From Octopus sinensis (lineage: Eukaryota), in contig NC_043024.1 in assembly GCF_006345805.1 (NCBI RefSeq), positions 9,920,001-9,984,000 of the forward strand: a stretch of 64,000 nucleotides of DNA, in the 5' to 3' direction. How positions within the stretch are numbered: the first letter of the stretch is position 1; each line of letters opens with the position of its first letter. The notes beneath the pieces are model-generated. The model was given only the letters and a program-made list of their open reading frames with translations, ran no database searches and was not told the DNA's origin. The position numbers were made by a program, and so were the translations under genes. Shown in pieces: positions 1 through 13,278 of this stretch.

Positions 1-62
1 GTGGATGTAATTGATTTGTCCCCTCCCACAAAATTCCAGGTCTTGTGTCTATTTTAGAAACG

Positions 63-124
<62 letters not shown>

Positions 125-351
125 CATCATTATTATTATTAAGGCAGCTGGCAGAATCGTTTGCACGCTGGGCAAAATGCTTAGCAGTATTTCACCCGTA
201 GCTACGTTCTGAGTTCAAATTCCACCAAGTTTGACTTTACTTTTTCTCCTTTTGGGGGTCGATAAATTAAGTAGTGGTTGAGTACTGGGGTGGATGTAAT
301 TGATTTGTCCCCTCCCACAAAATTCCAGGTCTTGTGTCTATTTTAGAAACG

Positions 352-398
<47 letters not shown>

Positions 399-399
399 T

Positions 400-643
400 A
401 TAGACGTTGCACAGTATTCAATATCGTGAGGTTGTTGACTGAAGATATTGTGTCTACCTGGGGTTTATACTGTCTCTCAAGTCACAACAAGGACCTCAGA
501 CAGTCAGTACTTTATGCAACATGCGTGAAGTTCCAAATAATGCCGACTTTTGCAATGCACCTAAATTGTATGGTATTTCTAAAGTTTTCGACTGTTTTTT
601 CAGATTGGGTGGTATTCAACCCAATGCGCCGATGACAAGAGGA
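400..643 (-). mobile_element. 3' fragment of an RLE-type (R4/Dong/NeSL-like) non-LTR retrotransposon
   Basis: Minus strand reads VIGALG.IPPNLKKQSKTLEIPYNLGALQKSALFGTSRMLHKVLTV*, followed by an (AAT)n tail. A second short piece at about 690-810 reads [19 protein letters not shown]. Confidence 0.8.
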
Positions 644-817
644 ATAACCTTTATTGATATGATTATTATTATTATTCCTTCATAACACCGGAGTCTTTAG
701 TCATCTTTCAAGTCACAACAAGGACCTCAGATAGATAATACTTTCCTTAAGATGTGCTCTGTGCCCAATAAGGCTGTTTTTTGCAAGACATCAGTCTTGC
801 ATAGGATTTTATTATTA

Positions 818-851
<34 letters not shown>

Positions 852-1384
852 ACAGTTATATATTTATTGCATGCTTTCATTGTGCATCGAATGCAAACCC
901 TGTTGGCTTTCAATTTTGTACAGTGGTTCATACTTCCGTTTGTATTCTCCATTGCATTGAAACCATTCCATGCAATACACATGTATATATATATATATAT
1001 ACATGTATATATGTGAGTGTGTGTGTGTGTGTGTAGTGACTCATATTGCTATGTTGCGTACAATAAACTAATTGTGTTCGTTATCTCTTCGTTTGCATAT
1101 TGGTTTATTTTAATCGTTATCAGAGCACCTTTTATTATTATTATTATTATCATTATTATTATTATCCTGTAGACTGTTCTTGCTTTCAGCTTCCATATTG
1201 CGGTTATCTCTATTTCAAGATTGTTAAATTTGGCCAACTTGTCCATTTTGTGAGATATGTTAACATCTGTTGTGACTGCTACTCTTTCTTATTACTTTAC
1301 ATTTCATTTCCTCATGGTCCTTAATAACAATATCTGGTCAATTAGCCTTGATCTCTTTATTATTATTATTATTATTATTACTGC

Positions 1385-1429
<45 letters not shown>

Positions 1430-1989
1430 CATTATTATTATTATTATTAGGACCAATTCTGAGGATACACCTGTGAGAATTAATAGGAAATATAAAAGGA
1501 GAAAGGGGCTCTCTACCCCCCTTTTGACCAGACTCCCGTGGCTTTTATGGGTTTTCCATGAGTAACCTTTCGAAGTGCCTCCCCCTATTGGGATTTTTAA
1601 TTGTTACTTATTTTTCGTTGTCATCCTGCTTTTGTACACGGACCTTTTTTCAAATGGACAAAACCCTTTGTAACTTTCGTCCTGTGTTTTGCCCCTTTAT
1701 GTTTTGATTTTTGTTAGCCCTTGTGGCCAATAAACGAACAAATTATTATTATTAGTATTATTATTAAGGTGGCGAGCTGGCGGAATGCTTAGCGGTATTT
1801 TCTTTGTCTTTGTGTTCTAAGTTCAAATTCCACCAAGGCCGACTTCGCCTTTCTTCCTTTCAGGGTGAACAAATTAAGTACCGGTTGCATACTGGGGTCA
1901 ATGCAATTGACTGGTCCCCTCCCCCAAAATTAGTAGAAAGTAATATTATTATTGTTGCTATTATTATTATTATTATTATTATTATGTTT

Positions 1990-2340
1990 TTTATTTCTTT
2001 CTTCAAATTTTCTTCCGTTTCTCGCCGAGTGTTTTCCGTACACCTAGGGCAGAGAAGCTCATTGCATGCATTCCCAGATTACACACGCAAATTCACAGAT
2101 AAAATATGTATTTAAAAATTAATAAATAAATAAATTCATGGATGGATGTTGCTTTCACAGTGATAGTTCTCTTCTCTTACATGAGCCGTTCCAGTTGATA
2201 CGATTTTTTGCACTTCCTGTAGGGATGGTAAGCCTAGAATCATTTTCAAATAGGTTTCAGTACCTTTTTTTATCATTCCTAGAGATCCTACAATCACTGG
2301 TACTGTAGTCGCCTTGAGATGCCACATTTTTTTCAATTTC
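1990..2340 (-). mobile_element. 3' end (ORF terminus plus 3' UTR) of an RLE-type LINE, second subfamily
   Basis: MWHLKATTVPVIVGSLGMIKKG...LQEVQKIV..GTAHV; the same 3' UTR recurs at 40490-40745 (-) and 49398-49555 (+), each ending in (AAT)n. Confidence 0.8.
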
Positions 2341-2769
2341 TATTAGCTTATTATTATTATTATTATTATATTATTATTATTATTATTATTATTCCATGTT
2401 TTCACTACAAATTCTGCTACATCACTACATGCATCTCCATGTTCCTGAAGGTCATTAGTGCTGTGGGGTTTTTTTTTTTTTCACTTCTTTTTGAAAGGGC
2501 AGGGAAGGTGGAATGTGCTGCCATACGAAAACTAACTGTTTGTCTACTAAATATTCAATTTTGTTTTGTCGTCACATGTTGTTGTTGGTGGTGGTGGTGG
2601 GGAGGTTTGTTTTGTTGTTTCTCTTGTTGTTGTTGTTGTTGTTACATCTGTTTGTCATGTGTTAATTGTATTGTGGTTTGTGACCGTACGTTGTGTGTAT
2701 TACGATAGCTGAGTTGTGCCATGTGATGGGTTGTGTTATATTACTGATTACTGGATGATGATTGTGTGA

Positions 2770-2805
<36 letters not shown>

Positions 2806-3688
2806 CATTCTGTTGTGTCTGAGGAGAGTCATTTTCTTTTCGGTAAAATCTCCACTTTTTCTTATTTTTATTTTCCTAAAATAACAAAAATAGTCAAGAA
2901 TATTGAAAAGGTTGAAAGACGCAACAAAAATTTTAGGGGAGAAAAAAAATAAGAAAAAAGTGGAAATTTTACCCGTAAGTGTGTTATAATTATAAGGTAC
3001 TAAAAGAAAATGGCTCTCCCCAGACACAACAGAACATGCTTCAACACACGAACTCACATAAAGAATCTTGCAAACCAAATCCAAAAGCGAAATTATTATT
3101 ATCATTAGTATTATTATTATTATTATTATTATTGAGCGAGAGAGCAGTCCATGCCATCAAAGTGACACTGGGATACAAATATACGAAGCCCAGTATACCC
3201 ATCATGACTACCCGTCTGATAAGGGTACACCAGGCACATGCATCACAACCATATGTGTGCAACATGGTGATCTCATATCAAGATAAACAGCACATGACCT
3301 TGCAGGTGGGGCCCTGTTAGAATTTTCTTCAGGTTGAGTAGCCCATCCCGCTCAAAAGGTCCCTGAATAAGGGTTGTTTAAGGACGTTGAAAGAACCACC
3401 CATGTTTCCAAGGGTGAATTATTCAAACCCCAAAGAATTCCTCTCAACACATGGCTATGATGCTCCCCCACTACTTCTGCTCGTGATCAGAGATGCTCAT
3501 ATCGTCAACCACTAAGGGACATGCTCAACTGGTTAAAGTCAAACAACTGACAAGCAAATCTGTGGTATTGAGCAGAATATTTGCTGTAGCCCATCTTTTA
3601 TACCAAGACAAAACAATGTACATGATAACACTTCCAATCAGTTAAGACAAGAAGCCATGAGAGCCACTGCCTGGTACTGCATCAGGGC

Positions 3689-3729
<41 letters not shown>

Positions 3730-3820
3730 GTTTATAAAGATTAACATTAGTCTTCATGAAGGTAAATAGACAATAAGAAGAGCGTAATGTGATTGCAATG
3801 GATTATTTATTAAAAGCCCA

Positions 3821-3861
<41 letters not shown>

Positions 3862-4339
3862 ATTATTATTATTATTATTATTATTATTATCATTATTATT
3901 ATCATTATTATTTTTATTATTATTAGTAGTAGTAGTAGTAGTAGTAGTAGTAGCATCCTCCTCCTCCTCCTCTTCATTCAATTTTGTTCCCATTTCTTGC
4001 CGAGTGTCTTCCCGACACCTAGGGCAAAGAAACTCTGTTGTTGCTGTTGTTATTATTATTATCATTATTATTATTATCATTATTATTATTATTACAGGAT
4101 CAATAAAATAAGTACCATTATTCTTACTGTTATTACTTGAATGTTTTCTGTTTACCTGTTGTCTCTCTTTCTCTCTCTCTTTCTCCCATTGTTTATATTT
4201 TCTTACAAAATTATATTTGTACAGCTGAAATTGAAGCAGAGGAAGGTAAACTTAACTGTTTGTTTGTATTTTTTTTTTTGCAAAAAAATCACTCTTCTCT
4301 TTCAAATTTTTTACCCCTTTCTCACTTTGTGTGTGTGTC

Positions 4340-4453
4340 TGTACATATATATATGTGTATGTATGTATATATATGTATGTGTATATATATGTATGTATGT
4401 GTATATATATATATATATATGTATGTGTGTATATATATATATATATGTGTGTG

Positions 4454-4496
<43 letters not shown>

Positions 4497-4900
4497 ATGT
4501 ATGTATATATATATGTATGTATGTATATGTATGTATATATATATGTATGTATGTATATGTATGTATATATATATGTATGTATGTATATGTATGTATATAT
4601 ATATGTAAGTATGTATATGTATGTATATATATATGTATGTATGTATATGTATGTATATATTTATATATGTATGTGTATATATATATGTATATATATATAT
4701 ATTTCTGCATACACACACATACACACACACATATATATATGTGCACACATATACATACATATATATATATAAATATATATATGTATATACATATATATAT
4801 ATACACACATATATATATACACACATATATACACACATATATATACATATATATATATATATATATTCACACACACACATATATATGTATATATATATAG
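4340..4900. repeat. Compound (TA)/(TG)/(TATG) microsatellite; representative of many
   Basis: Similar tracts at 6930-7325 (CT), 9455-9840 (ACT), 43060-43660 (AGT/AGC/GGT), 51220-52290, 61812-62295 (GT). Confidence 0.95.
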
Positions 4901-5462
4901 ACATCTCTCCATTTCTGTCTTTCTCTGTCTCTTTTTTAACCTTCTGCTCTTCAATGGTTACCACTCGAGTACACCCCTGCATGAACTGGTCCTCCACCCT
5001 AATCTACAAACCCCAAATTTTTTTTAATTAATTAACCCTGATTGATGTATGTTCTGCTTTCACTCCAAACTCGATCAGTCTGCTTCGACTGTTTATCATA
5101 ATTAGCATTTGTTGGGACCCTTTCTCTGTAGTTTACGTGTGATGGTGGGCGGTGGGATTTGGGGACCACGAGCACCACTAGGCTGTCATTCACAGGAGGT
5201 TCCCTTCTTGTCGCTCCACTGCCTCTCCCCATTTCTCTTTTCTACACATACACACATGCATGCACATATACACCCCTTGGTTTTCACTAGCTACTCACAA
5301 AGCCCTGTGATCTGTTGTTGCTTCAACGAATTAGTCCCCGAAGATTATCTGGAGTTAGTTTTGCAACTGTGTGGTTGTAGGGATACAGGGATACAGTCAG
5401 ATGGGATGGGGTTGAAAAATGTCTTTAGGATCAGATTTGGTAGATGGAGAATATTAAAGCCT

Positions 5463-5500
<38 letters not shown>

Positions 5501-5610
5501 TCAGGGTGAATACTTGATAAATGTAAGCACCTGTATATGCCAGCTAGTGGCATAGGTGATAGAATATATATATCAAATGAAATAAATGAAAAACAGGACA
5601 CAAAGGATGT

Positions 5611-5705
5611 TGTGGTACATATGTTTCGGGCTTTATAGAACAACTTATTCTTACATCAATGCATAATCGATATAACAGATAGTTCAAAAGCCCTCTTCAG
5701 CCGCA
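5611..5705 (-). ncRNA. Minimal type I hammerhead ribozyme motif (Penelope-like element associated)
   Basis: UGCGG-CUGAAGA-GGGCUUU...AAAGCCC-GAA-ACAUAUGU-A/CCACA: canonical core, long stem II, palindromic stem III, GUA site. Confidence 0.75.
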
Positions 5706-6002
5706 TGCAATTGCTACACCAAAGACTTGTATCACATTATAAAAGGTTTATATATGTATATATAAATTAGAAGAAAAAAACATCTTTCATCAATTCAATA
5801 TTGAAAAATTAAATTATACCATTAAGAAAAATTACGTATTATAGAAAGATTAAATATAAGATAAAACATATAACAATGATTAAGTAACGTGCAAAATAAT
5901 AAATATCTTATATTTAATCTTTCTATAATATGTAATATTTCTAAATGGTATAATTTAATTTTTTAATATTGATTTGATAAAAGGTGGGGTTTTTTCTAAT
6001 TT

Positions 6003-6038
<36 letters not shown>

Positions 6039-7256
6039 CATACATACATATATATTTTATATATATTATATTTTGTGAAATTTGATTTAGTATTTCTTAA
6101 TTGAATTTTTCCCTGTAAGTTTGGAATAATATTCCCTCATATTATTATTATCAATATGATATATATATATCACGTACTGTTCCATGAAGATATGGTCAAC
6201 CAAAAAAGTTCTCCACCTGGTGAAAGATAAATATTATTTGATAGGCACAGTATGTGTTTTTATTTGCTACTAATAGTTTCTTATGCTGAGAACATGCCAA
6301 TTAATAAGTTATAAAATGTGTAACATCTCAACACAGTCATCAGGTACAAACCACATAATGTAACCACTGATAGGCGAGACTAGTCTAGTCTGGTGACCCT
6401 AGCGACATTCATGGGGCAGTTATCTCCCCTAAGGCTTCCGTTGGTTTTGTGCTAAGAGAAATTTCTCAACAATTATGAAGCCTTGCACATGGAATGTTGG
6501 TACTCGTCTCCATTCTCATCCAAGATGGATCTGAGTACCAATGTCCCGATGTGACAGGCTTGATAATTGCTAAGAGCTCTCAGCATGAAACCAATGGTAG
6601 CTTTACTAACTCACAAATAAAGAATATTTATCCAACAATGTGGTGTTGAGCACTCATTCTCACTGTTCTATATATATAGAACTTAAGATGCTAAATAGCT
6701 TATTGAACAGCCATGTAGACATAAATAAACAAACTTGTTTTCATTAGAAGCATCAAAATATGTACCGGATTAGACAAATGAGGAGGTGATATATTTTTGG
6801 AGAAATTTTGTACTGTGAATGGCTTAAATGCCATGGGAACCAGGATAATGGGCCTGAGGGCTTGAGACTAACTTTAACATTTCACTTTACTGACATGTGT
6901 ATGGGTGGAGAAACTGTATAGCATAGGACCCTCTCTCTCTCTCCTTTCTCTCTCTCTCTCTCTTCTTTCTCTTCTTTCTTTCTCTCTCTCTTCTATCTCT
7001 CTATCTCTCTCTTCTTTCTTTTCTTTCTCTCTTCTATCTCTCTATCTCTCTCTTCTTTCTCCCTCTCTTCTTTCTCCCTCTCTTCTCTCCCTCTCTTCTC
7101 TCTCTCTTCTTTCTCTCTCTCTTCTTTCTCTCTGTCTCTCCTTTCTCTCCCTCTTCTTTCTCTCTTCTTTCTCTCTCTCTTCTTTCTCCCTCTCTTCTTT
7201 CTCCCTCTCTTCTTTCTCTCTCCCTCTCTCTCTTCTTTCTCTCTCTCTCTCTTCTT

Positions 7257-7297
<41 letters not shown>

Positions 7298-7431
7298 TCA
7301 TTCTCTCTCTCTCTGTCCTCTCTCTTAAGAATAACTCAACTACTTTTGCTTGGTCCCTACTAGTGCATTGGAACACTCCACTCCCGGGTCCAAACATGGT
7401 ACAGTGAGCCCTCCCTCCCATATGGTTAAAA

Positions 7432-7830
7432 CACGATGCCTGTTAACACAGCAAACCCCCTCTAGCTTAAACATGAGGGCTCTTGGTTCAACAAGACCCC
7501 TGTGTTTGAAACATGAGGGCTCTTGGTCCAACAAGACCCTGTGTTTGAAACATGATGCCTGTTAACACAGCTAACCCCCTCTAGCTTAAGCATGAGGGTT
7601 CTTGGTCCAGCAAGACCCTGTGTTTGAAACATGAGGGCTCTTGGTCCAACAAGACCCCTGTGTTTGAAACATGAGGGCTCTTGGTCCAACAAGACCCTGT
7701 GTTTGAAACATGAGGGCTCTTGGTTCAACAAGACCCCTATGTTTGAAACATGATGTCTATTAACACAGCTAACCCCTTCTAGCTTAAGCATGAGGGCTCT
7801 TGGTCCAGCAAGACCCCTGTGTTTCAAACA
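7432..7830. repeat. Minisatellite built from two different 39-40-bp monomers (order B A A B A A A A B A)
   Basis: A = CATGAGGGCTCTTGGTCCAACAAGACCCCTGTGTTTGAAA; B = CATGATGCCTGTTAACACAGCTAACCCCCTCTAGCTTAAG. Confidence 0.9.
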
Positions 7831-8481
7831 TAAGATTTGTTCCCACAGCGGGTCCCTCCTGTAGGCTAACCCATTAGCATGCAGATTACTCTGTCAAATG
7901 TAATGCTTTTCTATTCATTTTATTTTAAATTAATCATGGGTTATCTTATAGCTTTTATAACGACATTGTAGGTTAGGTGTAAGAGGCAGGATCTGGCCAG
8001 TTTTAACATCAACCAAGTAGAATATTTGAGCCAGATTTGGCTGAATTGACACAGAAAATCATTGTGGTTTAAATATGAGGCATATTAGCCCAGAGAGGCC
8101 AGACCCATCTTTATTAAACATATGTAAATTTGTTCACAACTTATATGCCAACTCAGTACTGTAATTAATTAACATATATTACTAATGAATTATTGATATG
8201 CAAATGAGAAAAGGCAGTGCCTGATGTTCATAGCATTTTTTATAAGTGGTTTCATAGGTTTCTGTGACTCTCTCTCCATAGAATGAGCTGGTGATGACCT
8301 GGTGAACTGTGAGACATTTATATGTATAGCAAAGACAACTGTATATTTATTAAATATTTCTTTGTAAATTTATTTCCAGTTTGTTCATGTGTGGTGTGTG
8401 TGTGTTAAGTTAATTTTTTGGCTCAAAAAGCAAAAAGTAAGGCCATGTAGGGGGACATGGAGTTATGTACAGGGAGGGTGT

Positions 8482-8832
8482 TCATGCAAAGAGTTCAGGC
8501 CATTTCTGGTCAAGAGAGACTTTGAACCGAGCGGTCGTCGGCATCTTCACTATCTCGTCCGGCAGCTTATTCCACGGATCCGCAACCCGGACGGAGAAAG
8601 CCCCTCTCCTTCGATTGAGATGAAATCGTCGCAGATAGAGCTTTTCGAAGTGACCCCGCAGCCGACGCTCTGGAGCAGGAGTGAAGAACAGCTCTTTCAA
8701 GAGGTTACACTTTCCGCTTATGATGTTGTGAGCAAGAATGAGATCACCACGGCGTCGTCGTTTTTCTAGAGAATAAAGGTCGAGCATCTTCAGCCTTTCT
8801 TCATAAGACAAATGCTTGAGACCAAGAACCAT
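8482..8832 (-). mobile_element. CR1/L2-group LINE 3' fragment
   Basis: GLKHLSYEERLKMLDLYSLEKRRRRGDLI...FSVRVADPWNKLPDEIV, a typical post-RT C-terminus. Confidence 0.88.
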
Positions 8833-10369
8833 GCGGGTAGCCAGCTTCTGGACTCTTTTGAGAGTGTGTATTTATGAATGAGAAAAAAAAACCCAAAAAA
8901 AACAAAGAAGATGAAACAAAGGGGAAAAGTTGTTTTTGACGTTTCGGATGTTAGTACTTCATCAGAAAAAAAGAATGAGAAAAAATTAAGAAGGAAAGAT
9001 GGTAGGAATGAAAGAATATTTATCCACCAGCTTCAATTCACCTAAATTATGGTCAAAGCCATTCCAATTGTGGCCATCCTTTAGCAATGAGCAGAGAAGT
9101 CAGAACCAAATTACTTGACGTGTCTTTCAAATCACGCTTAACATTGACGAAGGATCTGAAGTATATTTAGCTGCTATTTCTAGAAAATCGATCAAGCACC
9201 TAGACCACTTCCTCATTAACTCGGGGTATGGACTAGTGTTTTTTGAGTTATGTCCCTTTGTGATTAAATGTTAAAATGTAATGATTTGATAAATTCCTGA
9301 CTCCTGTGCTAGAGTATGCCCTGCGGTTTGTATGACCGTGGCAGTGGTGCTCCAGCATGGGCGTGGTCTATTACATGAAACTAGTAGAAGAATATGAAAG
9401 AGGTGTAGTATCAGTAATCTCTTAGAATTCTTTCTACTTTAGATTTAGATTGCTCCATTGACTACTACTACTATTACTGTTGCTACTACTACTATTACTA
9501 CTACTACTATTACTACTACTACTATTACTACTACTATTACTACTACTACTACTACTACATTACTACTACTATTACTGTTACTACTACTATTACTGTTACT
9601 ACTACTACTACTATTACTACTACTACTACTACTACTATTACTACTACTACTACTACTACAATTACTACTACTACTATTATACTACTACAGCTACTACTAC
9701 TACTATTACTACTACTACTACTAACACTACAATTACTACTACTACTACTATTACTGTTACTACTACTACTACTACTACTACCGCTACTACTACTACTACT
9801 ACTACTACCGCTACTACTACTACTACTACTACAACAATTATTCCTACTACTGCTGTGGCTGCTGATGTAAATCAATGAGATCAGTTCCACGTGACTGTTA
9901 AAACATGCTAGAAATAGCAACCAGATCCTTAAATTACACCTGCTCACTCTGTTCACAAAGAAGTAAAGGACACATGCAGAGTTGTGCATACCTCAAATAG
10001 ACAGGATGGGATGGGAAGGTCATGGCTGGAATGTCTGACCTACCTCAGGCTAAGAAACAGAAATAGGCTAGAAATAACAGCCAACGGAAACTGAAGTTTC
10101 TATATCAGGGTTGGAAAATGCTTCGGGTTAGATTTGTTGTGTCTGGCCCTTACTCACGAGGGGTGAGGTTGTATTCCCATCTAAGGGACAGTGCTGCCTA
10201 TGTCCACCCACACAAATATCTTAGAGTGCGTCGCCCAAACATAACGGAAACTCAACCGGCTCATAGAGGTTCAGTAACCGACAAAAACACTACCCAAACT
10301 TTAGTTCCCAGTTTCATTTTTGTCCCTCTTTGCCTGTAGAAGGGGTTATCAATGTTGCCTATAGTTATC

Positions 10370-10905
10370 ACGGTTGCCTATAGATGTGGTCGTTGCCTAT
10401 TGATGTGATGGCTGCCTATAGATGTGGTCATTGCCTATTGATGTGATGGCTGCCTATAGATGTGGTCATTGCCTATTGATGTGATGGCTGCCTATAGATG
10501 TGGTCGTTGCCTATTGATGTGATGGCTGCCTATAGATGTGGTCGTTGCCTATTGATGTGATGGCTGTCTATAGATGTGGTGGTTTCCTATTGATGTGTTT
10601 TTTTCTACCTGTTCATGTAGTGGTTGCCTATAATGTCATTTTATTGCCTATTGATGTGATGGCTGCCTATTGGTATGGTGATTGCCTATTGATGTCATTT
10701 TTATTTTTAGATGTGATTTTTGCCTATTGATATGTGATTTTTTGCCTATCAATGTGATGGTTGCCTATTGGTCTGATGGTTGCCTATGATATAATTTTTT
10801 GCCTATTAATGTGATGGTTGCCTATTCATGTGATTTTTTTTGCCTATTGTGATTTTTTGCCTATTAATGTGATTTTTATTTTTCTTTTGGCCTATTGATG
10901 TGGTG
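10370..10905. repeat. Minisatellite of about 37 bp (two TGCCTA-anchored 18-19-bp subunits), degenerating rightwards
   Basis: TGCCTATAGATGTGGTCGT / TGCCTATTGATGTGATGGC repeats. Confidence 0.9.
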
Positions 10906-11886
10906 GTATTTGTCTGTTTTACTGTGAAACAACTCTTCTTTCACTGTTGATGCAGAACAATCATCATCGTCATCGTCATCATTGTCGTCGTCATCGTCAC
11001 CATAATTTCAACGCTTCCACCACCCTCACCCTCATTGCATCACCACTACTATCCTCTCCTCCTCCTCCTCCTCTTCCACAAAATCATCATTATTATCATT
11101 TCACCATCACCGCCACCCTCAGCAACATCATCATTACATCGCCACGACCATCGCAGCATCACAGCCACTACCTCCACTGCTGCTACCGCCACCGTTCTTA
11201 TTAACCATTATTATTACACTTCAATCACCATTGCCATCTTACGCTACATCACCAACACCTTCACTGCCACCATCACCACCATTACCCCCATCTACCCTCA
11301 CCACCACCACAGCCATCATCATAATCATAAGAATTTACCATTCCAGACTTTTTGCCATTCATCCGATCATGAGAAAGAGAAAATTGTGTTATTTCATTTC
11401 ATTTTTATTTCTATTTATTTTTTTTTTTTATTTGTTACCTCTTAGTCAGAGAAGGAAGGACAGCATCCAGACCAGTACCAGGAGAGATGGTTCTCCTCGG
11501 AGACCCTAAATCTATTGTCTACAACAGAGTGGACCCTCCTAAAGGCACCCAGGGACTGGGAGTGGAGGGGGTGAGGATTAAACAGGGGAATGGAAATACA
11601 TTAACTCTACTACACATCAACACTGAACACAAAGGGGTGGTCACAAACACCACAAGGCATCTCATCTTGTACTCTAGTACTCCACTAATCTGCTGCCCTG
11701 CACTAGTACTTTAGTTTAATAACTTTGATAGTCTTTCGGTCAACCTGGGGCTGTGGTAGAAAACATTTGCGCAAGCCCTTGGGCAAGTGTCTTCTAATAT
11801 AACTCTGGGTTGACCAAAGCCTTGTGAATGAAATTGGGAGATGGAAATAGAAAAAAAAATAAAAGAATATATATATATATATATAT

Positions 11887-12245
11887 AGGCGCAGGAGTGG
11901 CTGTGTGGTAAGTAGCTTGTCTACCTGCCACATGGTTCCGAGTTCAGTCCCACTGCGTGGCATCTTGGGCAAGTGTCTTCTACTGTAGCCCCGGGCCGAC
12001 CAAAGCCTTGTGAGTGGATTTGGTAGACGGAAACTGAAAGAAGCCTGTCGTATATATATATATATATATGTATGTATGTGTGTGTTTGTGTTTGTCCCCC
12101 TAGCATTGCTTGACAACCGATGCTGGTGTGCTTATGTCCCCGTTACTTAGCGGTTCGGCAAAAGAGACCGATAGAATAAGTACTAAAAGGCGGTGCTCCA
12201 GCATGGCCGCAGTCAAATGACTGAAACAAGTAAAAGAGTAAAAGA
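11887..12245 (+). mobile_element. tRNA-derived SINE family A (internal TA/TG microsatellite, RTE-like tail ending GAAACAAGTAAAAGAG)
   Basis: Head GGAGTGGCTGTGTGGTAAG...GGTTCAGTCCC with A/B-box-like motifs; more than 12 copies in the window. Confidence 0.8.
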
Positions 12246-12519
12246 GTAAAATATAATGTATGATTTCCATGGTGATCTTATAAACTGACAAGGTGAATTG
12301 AGTTTAAGCCAAGGCACTGGTAAGAGCCACTGATGAGCATTAATGTAAATGTGAAATTACTGGTGATCTGGCTATGTCCGGTACTAAGGGACATTGAAAA
12401 AGATGGTTCATTATTTTGGTTATGAGTTGCTTTGACTCTTATTTCTAGCAATACTGGGGCTGAATAGCACCCTCAGTCGCTTTAGTGACATATTTTTGCC
12501 TTTTGGTTGAAAAATTGCT

Positions 12520-12558
<39 letters not shown>

Positions 12559-12570
12559 GCTAACATATAT

Positions 12571-12608
<38 letters not shown>

Positions 12609-13231
12609 GATATATATATATATATATATATATATAGATAGATAGATAGATATCTAAAGGATGTGTTGTAATACTATTTCAAATATACAAAAACAGCCAT
12701 ACCAGCAATCCAACATACGTCCATCATCAGCTGCCCCACAGATATCATTGTGGTTTCGACACACACATACATACATACATACATATATATATATATTACA
12801 ATCAAAATTTCCATTTTTTGAGGGTTACAGGTTAGTTTGTCACAGAATCTTCTACACTTTGAAAGTTTTAGGGGTAACTGGCAACCAAAGACATGTGCAC
12901 CATTTGCATGCACACCATTTGCTTGTTGCATGGTGGGATTGTGGAGGGCTGCTGCAGTAATTTGCCTGGTGAACAGGTACACCATTTGCATGAGTGGCAT
13001 GTGCAGTAGTTTGCAGTGGTGCCTGAATGATAGTTGCATGAGTTTCATGGCTGACAGCTGCACTAGTTGCATGATGAAGGTATGCAGGACTTGCTGATCT
13101 GGTTTGCCCCCAGTTAACAGGTGCACTTGTTTCACGGATGACAAGTGCATTACAGTTCTATATTTAAGAGATGAGGAATTATGTACATTATTTACAACTA
13201 ACGTATATTTCTCCTCATCTTGTTTGTTGTT

Positions 13232-13278
13232 AACACAACGTTTCGGCTGATAATACCCTCCAGCCTTCATCAGGTGTC
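13232..13278 (-). ncRNA. Minimal type I hammerhead ribozyme motif
   Basis: GACAC-CUGAUGA-A-GGCUG...CAGCC-GAA-ACGU-U/GUGUU; degenerate inverted copy at 13953-13998 (+). Confidence 0.75.

Noticed and set aside
4137-4997. YI/CV/HT-rich ORFs (also 51133-52406, 53956-54558, 61756-62564)
   Set aside because: They are dinucleotide and tetranucleotide microsatellite translations.
7432-7830. CRISPR array (hairpin repeats ending GTTTGAAAC)
   Set aside because: There are no unique spacers, the intervening units are themselves repeats, no cas genes are present, and the context is eukaryotic.
11445-11575. Possible 5' exon of the ARHGAP gene (AG...GTGAGG; ORF MVLLGDPKSIVYNRVDPPKG)
   Set aside because: The ATG frame exits in phase 0 while exon 19354 needs phase 1, and I recognise no homology; left unassigned.
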